From a virus (taxonomy: Duplodnaviria > Caudoviricetes): a stretch of DNA of 34,006 bases. The translations under genes and the position numbers were made by a program. Location of the stretch: the IMG/VR virus record IMGVR_UViG_3300017903_001352, positions 1-34,006 of that record. One strand, written 5' to 3'. Under the pieces are notes generated by a model. It did no database searches, was not told the DNA's origin, and worked only from the letters and a program-made list of their open reading frames with translations. Below, in pieces: positions 7,966-16,400 of the stretch (position 1 is the first letter of the stretch; each line of letters starts with the position of its first letter).

Positions 7966-8023
7966 TAACTAAGAGTAAGGAGCTTTGGAACTTGGGGCGG
8001 TTCGATTCCGCCCGTTCCTCTTA
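7958..8023 (+). ncRNA. Structured element with tRNA-like T-arm downstream of the capsid gene
   Basis: GGAAC-TTG-GGGCGG-TTCGATT-CCGCCC-GTTCC (7987-8018), plus hairpin ACTCTTA/TAAGAGT (7958-7976) over the stop codon. Confidence 0.55.
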
Positions 8024-8039
8024 ATTTAATTTTATTGTT

Positions 8040-8324
8040 ATGCCTTATAGATGTAGAAAAAACTTTATGCACAGTAGAAAAATGTATAATGTAGACGATT
8101 CTTTTAAAGGCGATAAAGGAACCGTTAGCGATATGCTAAAAAGAGGGTTACTCTATCAGACTAAAGAGGATAAGATACCTTACAAAAAAGACTCTAAAGT
8201 TTTTATAGAAAAAGATGAGTCTACTAAAACTATGTATTATATTAAGAAGGGAAACCAAATAATAGACCGTCTTAATAAGACCAAGGCAATAGAATTAATG
8301 GAGCAATTAAATGGGGTATCTTAG
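8040..8324 (+). CDS. Hypothetical small head-associated protein
   Basis: 94 aa, basic, between the capsid and connector genes. Confidence 0.6.
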   Translation: MPYRCRKNFMHSRKMYNVDDSFKGDKGTVSDMLKRGLLYQTKEDKIPYKKDSKVFIEKDESTKTMYYIKKGNQIIDRLNKTKAIELMEQLNGVS

Positions 8325-8916
8325 TACTAGCATAGCTTCACCGGATAACGGCCAAAATGGCGTTGTAACGATTTCAACAGTTGACACGGGTACTAACTCC
8401 GCTACAGATGTTTTAAGCACCTCAGACGCAAAATCGTATGCTAAAATAGAGACAAGTGTAGACGACTCATTAGTAGCTAGTTTAGTAGAAGAAATTATAG
8501 ATACGGTAGAAACTACGTACTCTTTTCAGTTAATAGAAAAAACCGTAACGGCTAATTATGAGACTTTTTCTAACCGTGTTACTTTGCCTTTGTTTCCGGT
8601 TCAGTCAGTAACTAGCGTTAAAACAATTAATAAGAGTGGCGTTGAGTCTACTTTGACGGCCGGAGACGATTTTTATTTAGAGGGAGATACTTTAGTATTT
8701 GCAAAAATACATAACTACGAAAGTCCATTTAATAGAATACGTCTAAAGGTTGTATATACCGCCGGCTTTACTTCAATACCTAAAGGTATAACGTTAGGAC
8801 TTAAAAAAGCCGTTTTATCTAGTTACGAGGACCGTCAAGATCTAGTAGAGGGAGGGGTAAGCGAATTGCCTAACGGATCAAAATCTTTTTTTAAAAAATA
8901 CGCTAAATTGGTCTAA
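8311..8916 (+). CDS. Head-tail connector (gp6 / phiE125 gp8-like)
   Basis: LSTSDAKSYAKIE..DDSLV, LPLFPVQSVTSV, VVYTAGF..IP, YEDR. Confidence 0.85.
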   Translation: MGYLSTSIASPDNGQNGVVTISTVDTGTNSATDVLSTSDAKSYAKIETSVDDSLVASLVEEIIDTVETTYSFQLIEKTVTANYETFSNRVTLPLFPVQSVTSVKTINKSGVESTLTAGDDFYLEGDTLVFAKIHNYESPFNRIRLKVVYTAGFTSIPKGITLGLKKAVLSSYEDRQDLVEGGVSELPNGSKSFFKKYAKLV

Positions 8917-8919
8917 TGA

Positions 8920-9288
8920 ATGAAAACCAAAAGCAGAAAAGAAAACGTCGGGCTAATGAAAGAGAGGATAACTATACAGTATTACTCTCTTTCCTCGGAT
9001 GGTATGGGCGGAAATACACAGACTTGGAGCACGTTAGCAACTGTATGGGCTAATGTGTCCGCCTTATCCGGAAGAGAAAGCTACGAGGTCGGAGGGTTAA
9101 AAGGTAAAGTAAGGTATAGGATAACAACAAGATATAGAGACGACTTTGTAAGCGCCGGTTATAACAAGGCCACCTATGACTACTTATTACGTATTCAGTA
9201 TAACGGAAAGTTATTTAATATTGAATACGCGCAAGATAGAGGAGAGCACCAAAGTTTTACGGAACTTATAGCGGTGGCCGAAGAATGA
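8920..9288 (+). CDS. Head closure / head-tail adaptor (SPP1 gp16 family)
   Basis: MKERITIQ...DGMGG...W..LATVWANV..LSGRE...RITTRYR. Confidence 0.9.
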   Translation: MKTKSRKENVGLMKERITIQYYSLSSDGMGGNTQTWSTLATVWANVSALSGRESYEVGGLKGKVRYRITTRYRDDFVSAGYNKATYDYLLRIQYNGKLFNIEYAQDRGEHQSFTELIAVAEE

Positions 9289-9794
9289 TAAAAGCCGAAA
9301 TAAATAGAGCCGATATAAACAAAGCCCTAGGTAAGTTCGAGAGGTTTAGTAAAAAAAAACGTAACCAAATAGAGTACGTTATAAATGAGGGAGCTTTAAA
9401 AGTAGAGTCTAGCGCTAAACAAAATGCGCCGGTAGATATGGGTGCTTTAAGGAGTTCTATTAAGACGGGAAAATTTGGAGAGCTAGGACGAGAGGTTTTT
9501 ACTAAGTTAGAGTACGCTCCGTATGTAGAATTTGGTACTAAGTCTAAAGTAGATATACCCCCTGGATTAGAATCTTATGCGTTACAATTTAAGGGAAGAA
9601 AAGGCGATTTTGACACCTTGCTACAAAATATAAAAGGTTGGGCAAGACGTAAGGGATTAGATCCGGGCGTAGCTTATCCAATAGCGGTAAAAATTGCAAG
9701 AGAAGGAAGAAGAGCGCAACCCTATTTATTCCCGGCATTTGAACAACATAGACCAAGAATTATACGAAACTTAAAGAGGGTAATAAATGGCTAA
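9285..9794 (+). CDS. HK97 gp10-family neck protein
   Basis: AKQNAPVDMGALRSSI, YAPYVEFGT, AQPYLFPAF. Confidence 0.9.
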   Translation: MIKAEINRADINKALGKFERFSKKKRNQIEYVINEGALKVESSAKQNAPVDMGALRSSIKTGKFGELGREVFTKLEYAPYVEFGTKSKVDIPPGLESYALQFKGRKGDFDTLLQNIKGWARRKGLDPGVAYPIAVKIAREGRRAQPYLFPAFEQHRPRIIRNLKRVING

Positions 9795-10215
9795 AGATTC
9801 TACAACCCAACTACAAGTAGCATATTACACGCTATTAAATAATAACGTATCAGTATCGGGTAGCGTCGTGCCGGTTTACGACGATGTGCCGGCTAATGCT
9901 ACATATCCTTTAATAACCTTTGAGGATACGACTTTAGCGGATAATTCTACTAAGTCTACTTTTATGGACGACGTTACTTTTTCTTTGTCCGTAGTAGATC
10001 GTTTTGGAAGGGATGGGGGTAGCAGAGCTAAAATAAATAGCGCCGTTAATGAAATAAAAACAATTATAAGAGCAAGGCCCGTACCTTTCAATCTAACCGA
10101 CTTTAACGTAATTAGCTCGGTAGTCGATAGCGATATATCTTTAAAGGAAAAAACAGAGACGTACACGTATTTTATTAGGCGTCTAAGATTTAGGCACGTT
10201 ATAGAAGAATCTTAG
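9787..10215 (+). CDS. Tail terminator/completion protein (DUF3168-like)
   Basis: LQVAYYTLL...VYDDVPANATYPLITF; position before the tail tube gene. Confidence 0.8.
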   Translation: MAKDSTTQLQVAYYTLLNNNVSVSGSVVPVYDDVPANATYPLITFEDTTLADNSTKSTFMDDVTFSLSVVDRFGRDGGSRAKINSAVNEIKTIIRARPVPFNLTDFNVISSVVDSDISLKEKTETYTYFIRRLRFRHVIEES

Positions 10216-10280
10216 ACTATTAAATTACAACTATTTTTTTTATATTTTACATAGTTTAACCAAAATTAACCAATACTATT

Positions 10281-10721
10281 ATGCCCGCTATTAACGGAAC
10301 ACTAATTTTATTTAACGTAGACGTAAAAGATGGTACGCCCGACGAGTTGGGTATGACTACTAGCGCTACTCTTAATATTGAAATGGACCTACCCGACGCG
10401 TCTAACAAGCAGTCGAGCGGATGGGCCACGCATATACAAGGCCAAAAGTCTTGGAGCATTGACTTAGATGGTGTAGCTGACTTTGTAAGCTCAACCGGAA
10501 CAGTCGAAAAACTAGGAAACTATATTATAAACCGTAACGCCGTAGATGTTGAGTTCGTACCTAACTCTAGCGGGCCGGACGCCGGAACTTATGTTAAGTA
10601 TAGCGGTGAAGCTTCGCTAGCGTCTGTAAGTTTTGTAGCGGGTAACGAAGATACCGCAACTTTATCGGGTTCTTTTACCGGTAATGGCGCACTAACTGCC
10701 GGAACTCTTACTATAACTTAA
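10281..10721 (+). CDS. Major tail tube protein (TP901-1-like)
   Basis: INGT, D.SNK.SSGW..I.GQKSWSI..DG, SGSFTGNGALT. Confidence 0.9.
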   Translation: MPAINGTLILFNVDVKDGTPDELGMTTSATLNIEMDLPDASNKQSSGWATHIQGQKSWSIDLDGVADFVSSTGTVEKLGNYIINRNAVDVEFVPNSSGPDAGTYVKYSGEASLASVSFVAGNEDTATLSGSFTGNGALTAGTLTIT

Positions 10722-11002
10722 TGAAGGGTAGTAAAAAGGTTACAATATCGGGTAATAGTTACTCGTTCCGTTTTGACCTTAATGCTCTAGAGAGGTTTAC
10801 CGAGGAAGCGGGAGTAGGCTTAAATAGTATGGATGAAGCCTTAGATAAGGTTGCTAATCTAAAATTATTTATACAAGCCTTATCCGCCTCGGGTGGTAAA
10901 GAGGTCCCAAGTGAGGATATAGGTAAAATGGACTTTGTACAACTTAATGAGGTATTTGAGTTGGTACGTGAGTCTATGGGAAACCTAAAGGCCCAAGCGT
11001 AA
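10721..11002 (+). CDS. Tail assembly chaperone (gpG-like)
   Basis: Between tube and TMP; slippery G GGA AAC near the 3' end. Confidence 0.85.
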   Translation: MKGSKKVTISGNSYSFRFDLNALERFTEEAGVGLNSMDEALDKVANLKLFIQALSASGGKEVPSEDIGKMDFVQLNEVFELVRESMGNLKAQA

Positions 11003-11046
11003 AGGGGGAACCCTTCGAGTCGATCGAAGAGCTTTACGTATTGGGC
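10978..11046 (+). promoter_or_regulatory. Programmed -1 ribosomal frameshift signal
   Basis: G GGA AAC (10978-10984), 6-nt spacer, stem GCCCAAGCGTAAAG/CTTTACGTATTGGGC; the -1 frame is open into the 11041 ORF. Confidence 0.85.
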
Positions 11047-11337
11047 TATCGGATGGGGCTTAAACCGGTGGAGTTAAGAAGTACTACTATGTACGATTTT
11101 AACTTAATGTCTAGGGCCTATGGGGAGAACATAAAACACGATTATAACATAATGAGAATAAACGCTTTTTTAGTCTCGGCCTACTCGGGCTTAGATGGAA
11201 AAGCAAGAAAAAAACTAACACCGGAAAAAATGTTTCCTCTAGAGTTAAATAGCGAAAAGCCACCGATAGACAAAGAAAAGCTATTTAAACTAGCGAAGGC
11301 AGTAACAGAAGCAAGGGAGGGAACAGATGTTAGCTAA
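10984..11337 (+). CDS. Tail assembly chaperone gpT-like extension (made as a gpGT fusion)
   Basis: The -1 frame from the slippery site reads PKGPSVKGEPFESIEELYVLGYRMG..., continuous with ORF 11041..11337. Confidence 0.8.
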   Translation, partial: PKGPSVKGEPFESIEELYVLGYRMGLKPVELRSTTMYDFNLMSRAYGENIKHDYNIMRINAFLVSAYSGLDGKARKKLTPEKMFPLELNSEKPPIDKEKLFKLAKAVTEAREGTDVS

Positions 11338-13498
11338 TCTAACGGTAAAGATAGGCGCTAATATTAGTAGCCTAACGGGCGAAATAAAGAAAGCCCAAAA
11401 TCAACTATCTAGGTTTGCCGATCAAACTAATCGAATAGGTAAGGGGCTAACCGTAGGGGTAACTACTCCTTTAGCTCTACTAGGTAGAAGCGCGTTAAAA
11501 ACTGCTAGCGAGTTCGAGGACTTACGTACCTCTTTTGAGGTTATGACGGGATCGGCAGAAAAAGGCGCGGAAGTATTTGAACAATTACGAGAGTTCTCGG
11601 CCTCTACTCCTTTCGAAACTACCGAGCTCGCTAAAGCTACAAAAACTATGCTATCCTTTGGTTTTAGCGTAGAAGAAAGCTCCGAGACGTTAAAAATGCT
11701 TGGCGATGTCTCTATGGGTAACGGTCAAAAATTAGATACTCTAACTCTAGCTTTTTCTAGAATAGTATCTAATGGTAAGGCTATGGGTCAAGAAATTAAT
11801 ATGATGATTGACCAGGGTTTCAACCCGTTACAAATAATATCGGAGAAAACCGGCAAGAGTATGGCCGTCGTGCGCGATGAAATGGCTAAGGGTGCTATTT
11901 CCGCCGATATGATACGAGATGCGTTTAAAACTGCTACAAGTGAGGGCGGGCAGTTCTTTGGTGGTATGGAAAAGGGAAGCCAAACGCTATCCGGTGTATT
12001 CTCTACATTTAAAGACAATGTAAACGGCGCTCTAGGAGAATTAGGAGAGGAGTTAGTAAAAACTTTTAATCTAAAACAGTTAGTAAAAGATGCTACAAAG
12101 AAATTAAAAGAATTTACCGACGCTTTTAAAAATATGAGCGACGAAACTAAAAAAAGGATTTTAACAATAGCTACGGTGTTAGGCGCCGGCGGTCCTTTAC
12201 TTGTTGCTATATCCGCGCTTATGCGAGTCTTTGCTATGCTTAACGTAAAAGTATTGTTAATCGTAGGCGTCTTGGCCCTTGTTGGTTTTGCTTGTCAGGT
12301 ATTAGCGGATAACTTTGAGACTCTTAAAAAGCGAACTTTATACGCTTTTAAAGGTATGACTTTTGCGGTAACTGATTTTGTAATAGCCTTTTTAGAGAGC
12401 GAGAAATTTCTAGGAATGGCAGTTACTAATATATCTACGATTTTCGGAGTTGGCCTTAGCGCCGTAGCTAGTGGGTTGTTATCAATGGCCGGCGGATTGA
12501 GAGCAATGAGAAACCAAGCCGAGGAAGATATGGGCGCTATGAAAAGCGCGGGACTTGGTACGTTTACAAGCTTGTCCGACTCAATGAATAATTTTAAGAA
12601 TAATATAAAAGTCGGATTAGGTAACGCTTTTGATTTTCTTGTAGACACTATGACCGGTTTTGCTGATGAGTCAGAAGAAACGGCGGGAAGCATAAGCAAA
12701 GTATCAGACGAAACAGAAACCGCTACAAAAAGTACTAGAAGATTTAAAAAAGTCTTAGAGAATTTAAAGCCTACGTTACAAAGTATTACGGCTGATTTTT
12801 TAAATATAAGTTTAGATGCCTTTACGCAAAGCTTATTTAATGCCGGAAAATTTAACACAGAAGAGTTAGAGCTAAGAAGAAATGGACTAAAGCAACAAGA
12901 AATAGCTCTAGATGAGTCTTTAAAAAGACAAAAAGAATTATTATTAGAGAAACTTAGAGAGGGTGAAATATCAGAAACCCAATATAATGAAAGAATAAGA
13001 TTACTAGAAGAAGAGAAGGTTTTACAAAGCGCTCAGATACAAAGAGACCTATTAGACATAGAACAACAATTTAACCGTCAAAGGACAAGTAATTTTAAGA
13101 TTGCTTTAGAAGATATGGTAAGCGCCACAAAGCAAGCCGTTAAAGAGATAATAGCAGAACTAACAAAGACGGCTATTATAAAAGGATTTAGTTTTTTATT
13201 AAAAAGCGCAACCGGTGGCGTTGGTGGTTTTTTAAAAGGCATATTCGACTCTATGTTAGGCATTAGCGGTAAAGCAGTTGGCGGTCCGGTATTTGGTAAA
13301 ACTCCTTACATAGTAGGAGAAAAAGGACCGGAGTTATTTGTACCTAACCGATCCGGCTCTATTGTTCCTAATAATCAGTTAATGGGTGGTAGTCAGGTTA
13401 TGGGTAAAACAGATATACAACTAGGCGGAGAATTTAGAATAAAAGGAACTGATTTAGTACTAGCAATTAGCGAGGCAAACTATAAACTAGGTAGGTAA
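11327..13498 (+). CDS. Tail tape measure protein
   Basis: 723 aa; LTVKIGAN start, tape-measure domain (FSASTPFE, LGDVSMG, TLSGVFST), central TM segments, C-terminal AVGGPV...YIVGEKGPELFVP. Confidence 0.95.
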   Translation: MLANLTVKIGANISSLTGEIKKAQNQLSRFADQTNRIGKGLTVGVTTPLALLGRSALKTASEFEDLRTSFEVMTGSAEKGAEVFEQLREFSASTPFETTELAKATKTMLSFGFSVEESSETLKMLGDVSMGNGQKLDTLTLAFSRIVSNGKAMGQEINMMIDQGFNPLQIISEKTGKSMAVVRDEMAKGAISADMIRDAFKTATSEGGQFFGGMEKGSQTLSGVFSTFKDNVNGALGELGEELVKTFNLKQLVKDATKKLKEFTDAFKNMSDETKKRILTIATVLGAGGPLLVAISALMRVFAMLNVKVLLIVGVLALVGFACQVLADNFETLKKRTLYAFKGMTFAVTDFVIAFLESEKFLGMAVTNISTIFGVGLSAVASGLLSMAGGLRAMRNQAEEDMGAMKSAGLGTFTSLSDSMNNFKNNIKVGLGNAFDFLVDTMTGFADESEETAGSISKVSDETETATKSTRRFKKVLENLKPTLQSITADFLNISLDAFTQSLFNAGKFNTEELELRRNGLKQQEIALDESLKRQKELLLEKLREGEISETQYNERIRLLEEEKVLQSAQIQRDLLDIEQQFNRQRTSNFKIALEDMVSATKQAVKEIIAELTKTAIIKGFSFLLKSATGGVGGFLKGIFDSMLGISGKAVGGPVFGKTPYIVGEKGPELFVPNRSGSIVPNNQLMGGSQVMGKTDIQLGGEFRIKGTDLVLAISEANYKLGR

Positions 13499-16400
13499 TG
13501 GCATACGGATTAAAATACTATTTTGTAGACAAGAAAATAGTAACCTCTACTACCGTTACTTATAGGTTTGAGATTTTACAAGAGAACTACACCGGTAGCG
13601 CAACAGAGTGGAACGGTGTAAGTATACAAAGACAATACGAAGAAAGTTCTCTAAGAGATATAAAAAGCATACAAAAGGGCTCCGTAAGTGGTACGATTAG
13701 GGTAGAAGATGCGACGCAAAGAGGGGTAATAGAAACTATAGCCGGCTCGCAGATAGGAGACTATAAAGTACAGTTAAAAAAAGATAACTCTGTAGTATGG
13801 ACCGGTTACGTGGTACCCGATCTAATAAATATTAGTGAAGAGAACTACAGAAACCAAACTGCCGATATAGTTGCTAAAGATTTATTATTTACCGGAGACT
13901 TTACGCTAGATACCGGGGACGAAAAGGCAATAGTACTTATAGCTGATATACTAGATACTTTAGGGTATGGCTTAAATATAACCTCGTATACTTCTTGGAC
14001 TGATACAACACTAACAACTACGGACGATATTTTAAACCAATCTTATCATAAGAAAGACCGTTTAAGAATATTTGCCCAAACAGATAACGACGAGGATAGG
14101 GCGCTAACAAATGAACAAGCCTTAGAGTATATACTAAAAGCGTATGGTATTATATTACGTCAAGCTAACGGGACCTGGAACCTTATACAGATAAGCGCAT
14201 TTGAAACTACTAGCGCCGTTAGGAGATATATATACAATAGTAGCGGTTCTCAGACTTCTAGCGAAACAGATTACCAACTAGGCTCAGTACTTGCTCAAGG
14301 AGATTTAAGGTTATTTGGCGCGACTTCTAATAACTATTACGCCGGTGTTAAAAAGGTAGAAAGTAGGTTTGACCACAACACTAATATACAAGGCATAAAA
14401 CTAAATCGAGAGTATTGGATTACAGACGGATCGGATATTACAAAAAGCCAATTTATACAGTCTGATGGTACGGGTAATATTGAGTTATTTTTTGTTACCT
14501 GGTTTGCTAAAACTACCGCGATAGACCTTGGAAACCCTAACGTATTAGATGTACAGATATACGTAGATACTGCTAGTACGGATTATTATTGGAATGGCAC
14601 GGCCTGGCAAACAACCCCAACAACTATAGATATAGATGTAGAGGCGACGTATAGTACTCAAGATTCCGACGATAATTATGTACACAAAAATAACGGCGTA
14701 AGTATTGTTACTACGGGTATACCCGACGGGTCCGACGGTACTCTATATGTTAAGTTTATTACCGACGAACTTATACAAAATTATGCGTATTGGTATTTAC
14801 GTAGCGTTGACTTAAAGGTAGCTTATTCGGATCAAGTAGGAGGAGTAAGCGAGGGCATAGAATACGAGTTAGTACAAACCGGTTCATATTCACATATATA
14901 CGATTACGGAACATACTATTATGGTGGAGGCCCTACGTCCGGCGCTCTTAGTGCTCTAAGAGATTCTAGCGGGGACTTATTGGGTTCTTGGAAAAGATCG
15001 ACAGACTCTAGCGCTACTAGCCACGCAGAGCTATTATTACGTGAGCGTTTAGATATTATGCGCGGGCAACGTCGTAATATGAGGGGTGTTTTATATGGAG
15101 AGTATGAGCCCGATAAAGCGCTAAACTACGACTCTACTGTATTCTTTTTTTTAGGTGGTTCTTGGGATTCTTCTACGTATCAATGGAATGCTAATTTTAT
15201 AGAGTTAGACGTAGACACCGCGACCGACGACGATTTTAACATTTTTTATATAACCGAGGGTGAGGGTACTACTTCGGGTTCTGTTGGCTCATTAAGTACT
15301 AGCACCGGATCGGGTAGCTTGTACTTAGAGAAAAGTAAAAACCTACAAGATGTTACAAGTGCCTCTACGGCTAGGACTAACTTAGGATTAGGAGCAACTA
15401 GCGACGTAGATTTTGGACAAGTAACCGGCTCAAGTTTTGTTAAAGAGAACGGACAGTCTGACGAATTTTTAAAAGCAGATGGTAGCGTAGACGATAGCAC
15501 ATATCTTACGCAGTCCGATACCGATGCTTTATATGACGACTACAACTATTTTAGCGTATCAGATGGCTCTAGTACCTTTAACGTAGGTAGTCAACAGACG
15601 ATGAGTATTACCGCTAGCGGGGCTAGTTCTCTTACATACGATACAGAGACTAGAAGTATAAATATATCTTCTACAGATACTAATACTGATACTAATCATT
15701 ATTTAAATACGGTTACTTGGGATAGTGGCACGGGTGTACTTAGTTTTGATATGATAGGCACGCCCGATTTTACTGTAGATATAGATGGTAGATATTTAGA
15801 GGCACACCCAACAATAGCAAACGTACCAAGTGATAGTACTAATACCGATAATACTGTAATACAAAGTTTAGGGTTTGATACATTTGGCCACGTTGACTCA
15901 GTAGCTACTAAAGATTTCACAAATGTATTTGATAAGTATAGTTCTTGGACTGCAACAGTTGGCACAGATACCGCTACAATAGGAAGCGCTGACTCTTTAG
16001 AGTTTAGAGGTGGCGATAACGTTACAATAGAATTGTCAGGAAGTCAATTAACTATAAATGCTTCTACCGGTGGCGATGGAGATATTACCGCAGTAAATAC
16101 GGATACTAACTCGGGCTTAGCGGGTGGAGTAACTTCGGGTAGCGCTGATTTAAGCCTAAATATTACTAATCTACCTACGCTAACCGCTTCGGGTGGAAGC
16201 GAATCTATTGCAATACAAGACGGTAATACTACAAAAAATATAGCTATAAGTAATATATCTTTATCTCATTTTAATGATGATTTAACTTATTTAACTAGCG
16301 AAACCTCGCACGATGATGTAGTAGTAGATGGAGACTTTACCGCTAATGGTTTGATGAAACGAACCGCATTAGGGACGTATGCCACTATTACAGATAGTTC

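Noticed and set aside
7987-8023. tRNA or tmRNA gene, or attP core
   Set aside because: Only a T-arm-like hairpin is present: no D or anticodon arm, no CCA, and no integrase in the genome. Kept as a structured element instead.
11041-11337. Independent gene starting at TTG 11041
   Set aside because: The start is buried in the frameshift stem and the frame is open from the slippery site; better explained as the gpGT extension.
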